From positions 1 through 54,863 of the forward strand of contig JACQVW010000236.1 of assembly GCA_016209535.1 (NCBI GenBank): a DNA stretch of 54,863 bases, given 5' to 3'. Every line of letters starts with the position of its first letter. Positions within the stretch are counted from its first letter, which is position 1. Below, piece after piece: positions 1 through 9,587 of this stretch. Source of the DNA: Planctomycetota bacterium (GTDB lineage: Bacteria > Planctomycetota > UBA8108 > SXIK01). A program made the position numbers and the translations under genes. The notes beneath the pieces were generated by a model. It ran no database searches and was not told the origin of the DNA. It was given only the letters and a program-made list of their open reading frames with translations.

Positions 1-893
1 GCGCTCTTCCCCATGCCCGCCTCGGCGGTGACGGCGATGGCCGTGGGGCCGCGCGCCTCGTCAAGGAGCGCGCGGGCCCGCCTCAGCTCCGCCTCGCGGT
101 CCAGGAAGCACGAGGCCGGTCGCAAGAGCCCTGTCAGGCTTTCGCCCGTGAGGCGGCCGAGGTCGGCGAGGAGGTCGTCTGTGCTCTCGTAGCCCTTCCG
201 CGGGTCGCGCTGGAGGAGCTTGAGGATCACCCGCTCGAGGTCCGTCGAGACCGCGGGGCTCAGCTTGCGGGGCCGCTCGAGAGCTTTCTCCACCGACGGG
301 TCCAGGGCCCTCCCCGTGAGGATCGAGTAGCCCACCGCCCCCAGGCCTCGCAGGTCCGCCGCGTGGGCGGCTCCGGCCAGGCCCGGCGAAGGCCACCACG
401 CCGGGTCGGAGAGGGCCACGGCGGGGGTGGCTTCATCCGAAGTGGGGGGAGGCCGCCGCCTGACGAGGAGGTTCGCGGACTTGAGGTTGCCGTGGGCAAG
501 CCCGAACCGGTGGAGGAGCGCGAGAGCCCTTGCCGCGGAGGAAAGGACGCCCACGAGCCACCGCTCCCCCTTGCCCCGCGATGCCGCGAGGACATCGGTT
601 CCCTCGACGTAAGGCCGCGCGAGGTAGGTCTGCCCCCCCTCACGACAGAGGCGCACCGGCGAGGCCAGGCACGGGTGCTTGAGCGATGCGAGCTCTCCCA
701 GGTCGGTGCGCAGGAGCCCGGCGAACGCCCGCTCGCGCGCGGGGGGGAGGGGCTTGAGCACCCAGCGCGATCTCGCTGGGCCGGTCGTCTCGATGGCGAG
801 GTAGCTCGGGCCGTGGGGCCCTTCGCCGAGGGGGGTCCACCGGCGGGAGCCAGCTCTTCGAGGCGCCCCTCGTCGTGCACGTTCCGGGTCCAT
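1..893 (-). CDS. Ser/Thr kinase-like (probable pseudokinase) domain fused to P-loop ATPase; runs off the window
   Basis: Absent from the ORF track (no stop in window). My translation from ATG 893 gives LGEGPHGPSY (Gly loop), WVLK, HGNLKSANLL (catalytic loop), LERVILKLLQRDP, then FLDREAEL...AVTAEAGMGKSA (Walker A-like) at the window edge. Confidence 0.8.
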   Translation of the reverse strand, partial: MDPERARRGAPRRAGSRRWTPLGEGPHGPSYLAIETTGPARSRWVLKPLPPARERAFAGLLRTDLGELASLKHPCLASPVRLCREGGQTYLARPYVEGTDVLAASRGKGERWLVGVLSSAARALALLHRFGLAHGNLKSANLLVRRRPPPTSDEATPAVALSDPAWWPSPGLAGAAHAADLRGLGAVGYSILTGRALDPSVEKALERPRKLSPAVSTDLERVILKLLQRDPRKGYESTDDLLADLGRLTGESLTGLLRPASCFLDREAELRRARALLDEARGPTAIAVTAEAGMGKS

Positions 894-1117
894 TCGACTG
901 AAAGGCCGCTTCAGGGCCCCGAGCCCCAGTGTAAACCCTGGCTTACTCGACCGGGTCGCGGGACCATGGTGGAACTCGGAAACCCTGGGGTTTTCGCGGG
1001 GTTACGAAGCAACTGAGCGGCCACGCCGGGCCGCTGCATCGGCGGCACGCGCGTTGCACTCGAGGCCGGATGCTTCGTGATCCCTGTGTTCGGGCACAAT
1101 TTCCTTGGAGGCATCCC

Positions 1118-3049
1118 ATGATCCCTCGCTATCTCACCATCGTCCTCGCCGCGTCCTGCTTCGCCTTCGCCGCACCTACCGCGTGGCCTCAGGTGACCTT
1201 CGAGGTCGGGCGCGCGACGGCCGCGCCGGCCCAGCTCGACGTCACGGTGCCCGTCTCAATCTTCGTCGAGGAGGGCACGCCGCCGGTCGACGGGTGGATC
1301 GTGAGCTTGCGCTACGACCCGGCCGCCCTCGGGAACGTGCGGCTCGAGAGCACGAGACCTGCGGACTTCATCACGTCTTCGCTCGGGGTCGACCACTACG
1401 TCCACGCCGGGACCGTCGGGATGGCGCTCGTCTATGACCTAGACGAGCCTCACTCGCGTAGCATCACCTCGGAGAACGACGGCGAGGTGGCGCGTCTCCA
1501 TTTCTGCGTCCTCGAGACGGCCATCCAGGGAACGTACCCGATCCGATTCGCGTTCCACGCCGAGGCCGTGTCCTCTCCGGCCTCGACCACGCAGTACACG
1601 GCCGCGCGCTCGAGCCGCTACCCGATCACGAGGGGCGGCTCCGTGACCGTCGCGGGCGCGCCCGTGGCCGGCGCAGGCTGCCCTGCCGATCCGCCCAGGC
1701 CTGCGCCGCCTTCGGCGGAGACCGTGATCTTCCAGCTTGGCCAGGCCACGGAGGCTGCAGGGGCCTCGGAGGTGGCCGTTCCCCTCGAGGTCATCGTCGA
1801 GGCCGGCGCACCGCCGGTGCAGGGCTGGGCCGCAGCGGTCCATTACGGCTCCGCCGGCGTCTTCCCGCCGCCCCTGGGCGAGGTCCGCATCGAGAATGCG
1901 CGCCCGGCGGATTTCTTCGCCTTCAGCGGGCAGTCGGCGTTCGTGGATCCCGGGCTCGTGGGCGCCGAGGTCGTCTACGACCTGACCAGGGTCATCCCGG
2001 AGAACGTCATCACCGCGGAGACGAGCGGCATCGTCGCATGGCTCCGCTTCTGCGTCCTCTCGACGGCGAGCTCCGGGTCTTCGGTCCCTCTGGAGCTCGT
2101 CCCCTTCGCCGAGAGGACGGACAAGCCTGGGATCGCCCTCCATTACACGTCGGAGGGCAAGACGCGCACGCCCCTCACGGTCCCCGGGTCCGTCACGATC
2201 GCGGGCGACCCGGTCGCGGGAGGCGCTTGCCAGCCCGACGAGCACGAGGTCCCGCCCCCGCCGCCGGCCGAGCTGAAGGCCGTCCTCAAGATCGGCGGCG
2301 GCTCCGCGTTCCTGGGCCAGGAGGTGCGCCTGCCCTTCACCGTCCTGCCAAACGCCGAGATGCAGGGCTTCTCGGTCTCCGTCGACTTCGACGAGACGAA
2401 GCTTGTGGGCCTCGAGGTCGAGAAGGTCTTCTCGAAACCGGACGGGACCGACTGGGACTTCCAGACCTTCCACATCGACAACTCGGATGCAAACCCAGGC
2501 AGCGGTGGTGTGGACGAGGGCTTCCTCGTCGCAGCGGCCGTCTTTGACTTCACCGCGCCGAACCTTGGTCCGCGCCGCGACCAGGAGAGCGGGATCCTCG
2601 CGCTTCGCTTCCAGGTCAAGCCCGCGGCTCCCGCCGGCCCCACGGAGGTCCGCTTCCTCGACGGGGGCAGCGCGCCCTCGAGCCCGCCCACCCGCAACGT
2701 GGCGGTCCTCTTCGGCAAGACTGCGGACGTCACCTACGACGTCTCTCCGCTCTTCGTGAACGCCCTGCTGGGGATCGTGGGCGACATCACCGTGTTCCTG
2801 CGCGGCGACTCGAACGGGGACCTCGACGTGGACCTGAGCGATGCGCAGGCGACCCTCACGTACCTCTTCGTCACCGGCGAGCCGCCCCACTGCCTCGACG
2901 CGGCTGACGCGAACGACGATGGCACCGTGGACGTCACCGACCCCATCTTCACCCTCCTTTACCTGTTCCTGGGAGGGCGGCCCCTGCCGCCGCCCTCCGA
3001 CTCGCCCGGCGAGGACCCGACGCCGGACGGGATGGGCTGCCGGGGCTGA
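1118..3049 (+). CDS. Secreted protein with three cohesin-like beta-sandwich repeats and a C-terminal dockerin-like domain
   Basis: GGAG RBS before ATG 1118; signal peptide. Three related units (V.VPV.I...GW...YD / V.LPF...GFSVSVDFD) with Pro-rich linkers. C-terminus FLRGDSNGDLDVDLSDA...CLDAADANDDG...DPTPD..GC. Confidence 0.8.
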   Translation: MIPRYLTIVLAASCFAFAAPTAWPQVTFEVGRATAAPAQLDVTVPVSIFVEEGTPPVDGWIVSLRYDPAALGNVRLESTRPADFITSSLGVDHYVHAGTVGMALVYDLDEPHSRSITSENDGEVARLHFCVLETAIQGTYPIRFAFHAEAVSSPASTTQYTAARSSRYPITRGGSVTVAGAPVAGAGCPADPPRPAPPSAETVIFQLGQATEAAGASEVAVPLEVIVEAGAPPVQGWAAAVHYGSAGVFPPPLGEVRIENARPADFFAFSGQSAFVDPGLVGAEVVYDLTRVIPENVITAETSGIVAWLRFCVLSTASSGSSVPLELVPFAERTDKPGIALHYTSEGKTRTPLTVPGSVTIAGDPVAGGACQPDEHEVPPPPPAELKAVLKIGGGSAFLGQEVRLPFTVLPNAEMQGFSVSVDFDETKLVGLEVEKVFSKPDGTDWDFQTFHIDNSDANPGSGGVDEGFLVAAAVFDFTAPNLGPRRDQESGILALRFQVKPAAPAGPTEVRFLDGGSAPSSPPTRNVAVLFGKTADVTYDVSPLFVNALLGIVGDITVFLRGDSNGDLDVDLSDAQATLTYLFVTGEPPHCLDAADANDDGTVDVTDPIFTLLYLFLGGRPLPPPSDSPGEDPTPDGMGCRG

Positions 3050-3079
3050 GAGGACCCTCTCGGCCCCCTCCAGGCCCAC

Positions 3080-5218
3080 CTACTCGAACGCCCGCGGCAC
3101 TTCGGGCAGCCCCGCCGTGAGGACCGGCGCGCCCCGCCGCCCCACATCGTCCAGGTCCCAGCGCTCAAAGCCGAGCGCGAGGGCCGGCGAGTCGTCGCGG
3201 AGGCGGAAGTCGCCCGCCGCGGCGTCGGCGAAGCGAGGGTCGACGACGAGGGATCCCTGGTCCTGGCCTCGCGCCTTGCGCCAGGCCTCGAGGTCCAGGC
3301 CGCCCGGGAAGGTCACGGGCCGGCCCGAGGCGTTCCAGTAGACGTTCCTCTCGAGGCGGAAGCCCGGGTCCTTCCAGTTGCTCCCGAGGAGCGGGCTCTC
3401 GTTGTCCCAGAGCACGATGTTGCGCTCGAACGTGAACGAGAGGTGCTCCTCGGTCCGCGTCCTCTGGAGCTGCTGGACCCGCGAGAAGGCCAGGACGTTG
3501 TTCCGCACGGCGTTCTCCTTCCCGTAGTGCTGGTGGAAGCTCCCCGTCTTCGTGTGGTGGACGAGGTTCTTCTCGAGGACGATCCCCGTCGAGCCCTCGT
3601 CGGTGTAGAGCCCCCAGCCGCCGTAGTCGTAGGCCTCGACGTGGTGGATGCGGTTATGGTGCACCGTCGTCCCCGGCGACACGCCGAGCGTGTACACGCC
3701 TCCCATGTCCGAGAGGACGCCCTGGCCGATCTCGTGGATGTGGTTGTGGGAGATCTCGTTGTGGTGGGCGAGGCTCGCGGCGTAGCCCCAGACCCAGCCG
3801 ACGCTCACGCCCGTGTAGTAGAGGTCGCGGATGTCGTTGTGCTCGACCGTCGTGTGGGAGGCGTGCCCGATCCACACGCCGACGGCGGCCATGTGGAGGC
3901 GCCCCCCGTGGGCGATGAGGCAGTCCCGCACGGCGTTGTGGCTCACGTGGCTCTCGGGGTCGTCGGACTTCGGCTGCCCCGCGGCCCAGGAGCCGGGGCC
4001 GCCGGCCTGGCCGATCTTCACGCCGCCCCCGCCGAGGTCGAAGAGCTCGCACCGCTCGATCCGGTTGCCTCGCGAGCCCGCGCCGAGGGCGATCGCGTAG
4101 CCGCCCGTGTGGCGCACGGCGCACTCCTCGATCGCGATCCTCCGCGCTCCGATCCCCTCGACGGCGGCGCTGAGCTGCACCTCGGCCTGCGGGTACGAGC
4201 TCCCCTCATCGGGCACGTTCCAGCTCGTGTGGGCGAGGTCGAGGCCCCGGAGGTGGACGTGCTCCACCCAGCGCCGCGCCGCCACGTCGCCCTGGAAGAC
4301 GACGAGCCGCTCGAGGCGCGGCGCGACGACGACGGCCCCCTCCGGCGCCTCGCCCGGGAGGGGCACGTAGGTCAGCTCGCCCGCCGCGCGGTCGAGGTGC
4401 CACTGCCCCGGCTCGCGGAGCGCCTGCTTCACGTTCTCGACGCGGTAGCGGTGGTCCTTCCGGAAGGCGCTCCAGTAGCTCGTGCCCCGCGTGGTCCCGG
4501 TGAAGGTCACGACCCGTTCCTTCGGGTCCACCGAGGCGATCCGCATGCGGGATGCCGACCAGAGGTGGATCGCGACGACCTCGGCGTCGCTCCCGGCCCA
4601 CTCGGCCCGGATGTCATCGCCCGCGAAGCGGAAGCGGTCGTGCCCCTTCGCCTTCGCCGCCTCGCTGGGCGGCAGCTCCTCGGCCACGCGGTGCCACCCC
4701 GAGGCCGGAAGGCGCGGGCGGAAGCGGCGCTGGTCGTCGACGAAGAGCTGCGCGAAGCGCCACGCGCCGCCGCGCACGTCGTCGAGCGCGAGGCGCCAGC
4801 GGCCGTCCTCCCCCACCTTCCAGCCTCCGAGGCGCCGCCCGCCGCTCAGGACGGGCCGCTCGCCGGGGTAGGCGGCGTAGACGGCGGGCGCCTTCTCGGT
4901 CCCCGAGTCCTCGGGTGTGAAGACGACCGTGTCGGCGAGCTCGTGGAAGCCGCCGCGGATGAGGACCGTGAAGGGCCGCTCGCGGCCCGGCTCGCGGGCC
5001 TTGAGCTCCCGCACGGCGCGGCGCGCCCGGTCGAGGGTGCGGAAGGGGCCGTCCTTCCGGTCGGAGGACGGCTCCGCGAGGCGGCCGGACCAGGCGTCGT
5101 CGCCCGAGGTCGAGACGAAGAAGTCGGCGTCGGCCGCCGGCCCGGCGGCGAGGGTGATCGCGAGCAAGGAGGGAGCGATCACGGCGAGAACGGTGGGGAG
5201 GACGAGGAGGGTAAGCAT
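3080..5218 (-). CDS. Secreted right-handed parallel beta-helix protein (pectin lyase-like fold, probable carbohydrate-active enzyme)
   Basis: Signal peptide; FVSTSGDDAWSG...GPFRTL N-terminal motif; beta-helix repeats (GGGVKIG, YTGVSVGW, DMGGVYTLG, GLYTDEGS); C-terminal DPRF...GDFRL. Confidence 0.85.
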   Translation of the reverse strand: MLTLLVLPTVLAVIAPSLLAITLAAGPAADADFFVSTSGDDAWSGRLAEPSSDRKDGPFRTLDRARRAVRELKAREPGRERPFTVLIRGGFHELADTVVFTPEDSGTEKAPAVYAAYPGERPVLSGGRRLGGWKVGEDGRWRLALDDVRGGAWRFAQLFVDDQRRFRPRLPASGWHRVAEELPPSEAAKAKGHDRFRFAGDDIRAEWAGSDAEVVAIHLWSASRMRIASVDPKERVVTFTGTTRGTSYWSAFRKDHRYRVENVKQALREPGQWHLDRAAGELTYVPLPGEAPEGAVVVAPRLERLVVFQGDVAARRWVEHVHLRGLDLAHTSWNVPDEGSSYPQAEVQLSAAVEGIGARRIAIEECAVRHTGGYAIALGAGSRGNRIERCELFDLGGGGVKIGQAGGPGSWAAGQPKSDDPESHVSHNAVRDCLIAHGGRLHMAAVGVWIGHASHTTVEHNDIRDLYYTGVSVGWVWGYAASLAHHNEISHNHIHEIGQGVLSDMGGVYTLGVSPGTTVHHNRIHHVEAYDYGGWGLYTDEGSTGIVLEKNLVHHTKTGSFHQHYGKENAVRNNVLAFSRVQQLQRTRTEEHLSFTFERNIVLWDNESPLLGSNWKDPGFRLERNVYWNASGRPVTFPGGLDLEAWRKARGQDQGSLVVDPRFADAAAGDFRLRDDSPALALGFERWDLDDVGRRGAPVLTAGLPEVPRAFE

Positions 5219-5480
5219 GGGTAGTTCCTTGGGTACGGCTGGGATGCAACCGAGCAGCGTACCACCCTACAAGGCCGCGGTCGCCGGGCCGTGACCGGGG
5301 GCACGCGAGGGCGTGGCGTACGCCGCGCCACTCTTGGACAAGGGGAGGTGCCTGGAAGTCACCAAGCCGCCGAGATCGGCAGAGTGGGCGCGCCCGCCCC
5401 AAAACGTCCTTCTGGACCGCACTCGTTGCCGTAGAATGGGACGAGAGCAAGTGGATCTCCCCCAATCGGAGCGACTATCC

Positions 5481-6293
5481 ATGCCATCTCCCTTCCCAGG
5501 AATGGACCCGTTCCTCGAGCACCCCGAGCGCTTCCCCGGGTTCCACGACAGCTTCATCGCCCACCTGAAGGAGCTCTTGCAGCCGAGGCTGCCCGAGCCC
5601 TACTATGCGGACAGCGGCCGGCGCGCCTGGATCGAGGTCTCCGAGCGGTTCATCGGACCCGACTTGCAGGTGCTCAAGCCGCGCCGGGCGCAGGGAGCTC
5701 CGGCGGAGCGGGAGGCGACGGGCGGCGTCGCGGTCGCGGCTCCGCCCTCGGCCCGGCCCATCGTGATCCACGTGCCCCATGACGAGCGCCGCGAGCCCTT
5801 CATCGAGATCTACGTGGGCCGGCGCCCCGACCGGCGCCTGGTCACGACGATCGAAGTCTTGAGCCCGAGCAACAAGGCTGCCGGCGAGCAAGGACGGGAC
5901 CTGTACCTGCGCAAGCAGCGCGAGGTCCTCCAGGGCAAGGTCCACCTGGTCGAGATCGATCTCCTGCGGGTCGGCGAGCACACGACGGCAGTTCCCCGCG
6001 ACCGGCTCATGGCGAAGGCAGGAGCCTTCGACTACCACGTCTGCATCCACCGCTTCGACCAGTTCGAGGACTACCACGTATACCCGTTCCGACTCGAGGA
6101 GAGCCTGCCCGAGATCAGTATCCCCCTCTTGCCGGGGGACCCCTCGATCCCAATCGACCTCGAGGCCGTCCTCGTCAGAGCCTACGATGCGGGCCCCTAC
6201 CGCCGTGAGGTCCGCTACGGGGAAGAGGCGCCGATCCCTCCGCTCTCCCCGGAGCAGAGCGCCTGGGCCGCCGGGGTCTTGAAGCGGGCCTGA
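5481..6293 (+). CDS. DUF4058 family protein (PD-(D/E)xK-like)
   Basis: Diagnostic start MPSPFPGMDPFLE, plus IEVLSPSNK and HLVEIDLLR motifs. Confidence 0.9.
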   Translation: MPSPFPGMDPFLEHPERFPGFHDSFIAHLKELLQPRLPEPYYADSGRRAWIEVSERFIGPDLQVLKPRRAQGAPAEREATGGVAVAAPPSARPIVIHVPHDERREPFIEIYVGRRPDRRLVTTIEVLSPSNKAAGEQGRDLYLRKQREVLQGKVHLVEIDLLRVGEHTTAVPRDRLMAKAGAFDYHVCIHRFDQFEDYHVYPFRLEESLPEISIPLLPGDPSIPIDLEAVLVRAYDAGPYRREVRYGEEAPIPPLSPEQSAWAAGVLKRA

Positions 6294-6348
6294 GGGCGCC
6301 CCGCCGGAGGCTCCCGCACCAGCGGCGGGCTCCTCCCGGCCACGGGCA

Positions 6349-7506
6349 TCACCCGCCCCGCTTCACCTCCTCCATCGTCGCGACGCGGCGGCCGTAGACG
6401 GCGTCGCGCACCATGAGGGCCACGAGGACCGCGTCGCGGCCGTTCAGGACGTTCGAGAAAGGCCGCTTGCGGGCCCGCACGCACTCGAGGAAGGCCTCCT
6501 GGGCGAAGCGCGTCGTGTTCCCGCCCTCCTCCTTCAGCGTCTCCTTGGGCCTCGAGGCGTCCATGTACTCGACGGGGCCCTCGAGGAGGCCCACGCCGCC
6601 CTTCCGGCCCATGACGTGCAGGAAGGGCTTCCCGAAGGCCCCGCCCTTGGGGCAGAGCCAGGAGTGGACCCAGCTCACGATCACGTCCTTCGGGTACTCG
6701 ATGATCGCCGTGTAGTAGTCGTGGACGTCGCGGTCCGGCTCGCCCTCGGTGAAGATGTCCGCCCGCCCCATGCCGAAGGCCCTGAGCGGGAGCGCGCCCA
6801 GCGCCCAGTTCATGATGTCGAAGTGGTGGACGGCCTGCTCCACCATCCAGTCCCCCGAGCGGGCGCGCTTCGAAAACCAGCCGCGCAGGGGCCCGAAGGG
6901 GGCCAGGAACGCCGCGCGCAGCTCGACGGCCTCCCCCAGGTCGCCCCGGTGCAGCCGCTCGATCCCGTCCCGCACCCGCGGGCTGTAGCGGCTCTGGAAG
7001 CCGACCTGCACGATGCTCACCGACGTCTCGGCGGCCTTCACGATGGCGTCGGCCTCCGCCGCGGTGATGCAGAGCGGCTTCTCGGCGTAGAGGTCCTTGC
7101 CGGCCCGGATCGCATCGAGGTAGAGGGGCGCGTGGACGTCGCAGGGCGTCGCCATGAGGACCGCGTCGACGTCCTTCGCCTCCAGGACCCTCCGGTGATG
7201 CTCCGTCGCCGCAGGCCTCTTGCCCGTCTTCTCCTCGACGAGGCGCCCCGCCGACTCGAGGCGCGTGGGGTCGATGTCGCAGACCCAGGTGACCTCGACG
7301 CCCGGGATCTCGAGCGCCGTCCTCAGGTGCGTCGTCCCGCGCCCGCCGACTCCGACGAAACCCATGCGCACCTTCCCCGCCTCGCCGGGTCGGCCGATGG
7401 CGGGCGCGGGCAGCCCCGCGAGGGCCGCGGCGCCGAGCGCCGACGCACCCCGGGACAAGAACCTCCTTCTGCACAGTCGTCTCGAGTCGCTGTCACGGCG
7501 CGGCAT
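6349..7506 (-). CDS. Gfo/Idh/MocA family oxidoreductase with Tat signal
   Basis: AAGGAG RBS; RRRFL twin-arginine motif; VGVGGRG Rossmann motif; AEKP; EQAVHHFD. Confidence 0.9.
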   Translation of the reverse strand: MPRRDSDSRRLCRRRFLSRGASALGAAALAGLPAPAIGRPGEAGKVRMGFVGVGGRGTTHLRTALEIPGVEVTWVCDIDPTRLESAGRLVEEKTGKRPAATEHHRRVLEAKDVDAVLMATPCDVHAPLYLDAIRAGKDLYAEKPLCITAAEADAIVKAAETSVSIVQVGFQSRYSPRVRDGIERLHRGDLGEAVELRAAFLAPFGPLRGWFSKRARSGDWMVEQAVHHFDIMNWALGALPLRAFGMGRADIFTEGEPDRDVHDYYTAIIEYPKDVIVSWVHSWLCPKGGAFGKPFLHVMGRKGGVGLLEGPVEYMDASRPKETLKEEGGNTTRFAQEAFLECVRARKRPFSNVLNGRDAVLVALMVRDAVYGRRVATMEEVKRGG

Positions 7507-7562
7507 CGTTCGCTCCTTGGGAGGTCCGTTGGTGTCGGGGGGAAACAGCAGGCCTGCACCTG

Positions 7563-7592
7563 AGTGTCGGCGACAGTCCAGAAAGTTGTCAA
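7563..7592 (-). promoter_or_regulatory. Putative sigma70-type promoter for the oxidoreductase
   Basis: Minus strand reads TTGACA-18 nt-GACACT, about 57 nt upstream of ATG 7506. Confidence 0.5.
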
Positions 7593-7600
7593 GACGTGCG

Positions 7601-7773
7601 TTCCGGGTGCGTGCCGGCGACCCGAGCCTGCGGCGCACCCAGGAAACCACGCCGCGAGCGTCGGGCAGGGAAGTTGCGGCGTGTGCACCGAGGTCAGCGC
7701 CTGGAATCTCCGAGCCCTACGAAGGGCACAGACGAGAGAGATGGCCGGGAGGCCGCAAGCCTCCCGGTCTTTT
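7601..7773 (+). ncRNA. Candidate structured RNA, family unrecognised
   Basis: Consecutive stems TTCC-GGGTGC...GCACCC-A-GGAA (7601-7645), CACGCCGCGA...TTGCGGCGTG (7648-7683) and GCCC-TACGAA-GGGC (7714-7727). They end in a plus-strand terminator lying between two minus-strand genes. Confidence 0.35.
7743..7773 (+). terminator. Intrinsic terminator hairpin (possibly bidirectional)
   Basis: GGCCGGGAGGC-CGCAA-GCCTCCCGGTC followed by TTTT. Confidence 0.7.
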
Positions 7774-7776
7774 CCT

Positions 7777-7811
7777 TGCCACGAGACGCAGCGTTCCGAC
7801 TGCCACGAGAC
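7777..7811. repeat. 11-bp perfect direct repeat TGCCACGAGAC, period 24
   Basis: Copies at 7777-7787 and 7801-7811, each followed by (C)GCAG. Confidence 0.7.
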
Positions 7812-7847
7812 CGCAGAAGTAGTCGCCGCGGTCCTCTCTCGGTGTCC

Positions 7848-9350
7848 TCAGCGCGCGGGCCCGCGCCAGCGCCCGTACTCGCTCCAGAGGAGGGAGGCCG
7901 CCACCGCGACGAGGGCGAGCATGGAGAGCCACAGGAAGGCGTCCCAGAGCCTGCCGGGCTGGAGCCGCCGGTCGGTGCGGCGGTAGCGGAGGTAGACCGC
8001 GGCGGCGGCGATCATGGGCAGGGTCAGGGCCTGGGCGACGCCGCCGATCATCACCATGACCACCGGGTTCCCGATCCAGATGAAGAGACCCAGGTTCAGG
8101 AAGGGGAAGCCGATGCAGAAGCCGCGCAGCCACCGCAGCCGGTCGGCGTGGCACCGGATCTCGATGAAACCGTTGACCTTGAGGAAGTCGGTCACGGTCC
8201 GGCAGTTGGCCGCCGTGGCGGCGAAGAGCGTGGAGTAGAGGACGGCGAACGTGCCGATGACGATGAACGCCAACGCGCCGGTGGAGCCGAGGACCGGCTC
8301 GTACATGGCGGCCAGGTTCGACATCATCGCGCTCACGTTCGCGCCCAGGCCCTTCCCCCCGGTGTGCCCGTGGAGCACCGCCGCCCCCAGGGCGAAGAAC
8401 GCCAGCGTGGCGGTCGTGTAGATCGCCATGCTGATCCAGGCGTCGAGCCGGAGGACGCGGATCCACCCCCGGGCGCGGCGCTCCCAGTCCCGCTCGCCGC
8501 TCGCATCCACCCGGCCCGTGCCGCCCGCGCCCGGGCGCGGTCCGACGCTCCGCGCGTACCCCTTCTCGATGCACCAGTACGGATACGTGATGAGCTCGCT
8601 GGCACCGACGCCGGTGATCCCGAACATCGCGACGGCCGCCACCAGCACGTTCGGGTCCCGGGGAACGGCTGGCAGCAGGCCGGCGCCGACCTCGCCCCAG
8701 TCGACGGGGTGCCCCACGGCGCGGAGCAGCACGACGCACGCCACCGTGACGAACGTGAAGACGACGACCATGGCGATTGTGCCGCGCTCGATGACCTTGT
8801 AGCTCCCGATGGCGAGGAGCGCCGAGGTGAGGGCGGCCGTCGCCACGGCCCAAGGCAGCTCCGGCCGCTCGAGGAACCTGGCGCCCAACGGGGACTCCGG
8901 GCCGCCGAGGGCCCCGGCCAGCCAGCGCGAGACGCCCGGGAACACCATGTGCCCGGTCTGCCCCACGCTGCCCACCATGCTGCCGAGCTGGCACTGGCTG
9001 CACGCGGTCATGAGGAGCCACCACCAGGTGAGGAGCGGGCCGGGGCCTGGGAGGCGGCGCAGGCTCGTGAGCGTCGTCTCGCCGGCGGAGATGGCGTGCC
9101 GCCCAAGCTCGACCTGCACGAAGACCTTGATGAAGCAGCTCAAGAGGACCAGCCAGAGGAGCGCGAAGCCGGCCTTCGCCCCCACGTCCGTTGTCTGGAT
9201 CAGCTCCCCGGTCCCGACGATCGAGCCCGCGAGGATGAGCCCGGGGCCGATCTTCCGCAGGGTCGCCCAGACGTCGTGCGGAGGCTCGCGAACGGCATCT
9301 GGCGACAGGGTGTAGGGATCTCGGTCTCGCACCCGGCCCGGCTCGTCCAT
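7848..9350 (-). CDS. Nramp-like (APC superfamily) membrane transporter
   Basis: IGPGLILAGSIVGTGELI, GAKAGFALLW and FGITGVGASELITYPYWCIEKGY motifs; about 11 hydrophobic segments; ATG 9350. Confidence 0.88.
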   Translation of the reverse strand: MDEPGRVRDRDPYTLSPDAVREPPHDVWATLRKIGPGLILAGSIVGTGELIQTTDVGAKAGFALLWLVLLSCFIKVFVQVELGRHAISAGETTLTSLRRLPGPGPLLTWWWLLMTACSQCQLGSMVGSVGQTGHMVFPGVSRWLAGALGGPESPLGARFLERPELPWAVATAALTSALLAIGSYKVIERGTIAMVVVFTFVTVACVVLLRAVGHPVDWGEVGAGLLPAVPRDPNVLVAAVAMFGITGVGASELITYPYWCIEKGYARSVGPRPGAGGTGRVDASGERDWERRARGWIRVLRLDAWISMAIYTTATLAFFALGAAVLHGHTGGKGLGANVSAMMSNLAAMYEPVLGSTGALAFIVIGTFAVLYSTLFAATAANCRTVTDFLKVNGFIEIRCHADRLRWLRGFCIGFPFLNLGLFIWIGNPVVMVMIGGVAQALTLPMIAAAAVYLRYRRTDRRLQPGRLWDAFLWLSMLALVAVAASLLWSEYGRWRGPAR

Positions 9351-9390
9351 GGACGCACGGTATCGCGAACCGCCCCGCGTGGCAAGGCGG

Positions 9391-9464
9391 TGCGGCTCGA
9401 GACCGGGGGAACGGTCCAGGTCCCTGGATGCGGTGCGAGATCGGCGGATGCGGTTCGAGACCGG
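9391..9464. repeat. Three imperfect 16-bp direct repeats TGCGGnnCGAGAyCGG in a divergent intergenic region
   Basis: TGCGGCTCGAGACCGG at 9391, TGCGGTGCGAGATCGG at 9429, TGCGGTTCGAGACCGG at 9449. Confidence 0.6.
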
Positions 9465-9587
9465 GAGCGCGGTTTCGGGGGCTGCGCCGGACCCGGGAGG
9501 TCTGGAAGCGGGACGCGGGAATTCCGTGGCTTTCTCCCGGCCCCTGGACGAAGATGCAGCGTCTTCTGCCAAGGGAGGCAGGTGTCC

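Noticed and set aside
930-1005. Palindromes AAACCC-TG-GGGTTT and GTAA...TTAC in the first divergent intergenic region
   Set aside because: Possibly regulatory, but short and without a second instance or cognate regulator to support a call.
7743-7770. c-di-GMP-I riboswitch-like GCAAGCCTCCCGG string
   Set aside because: Fully explained as a terminator stem-loop; the upstream riboswitch elements are not evident.
7777-9464. CRISPR array from the short direct repeats
   Set aside because: Repeats are only 11-16 bp, in 2-3 copies, with irregular or too-short spacers and no cas genes.
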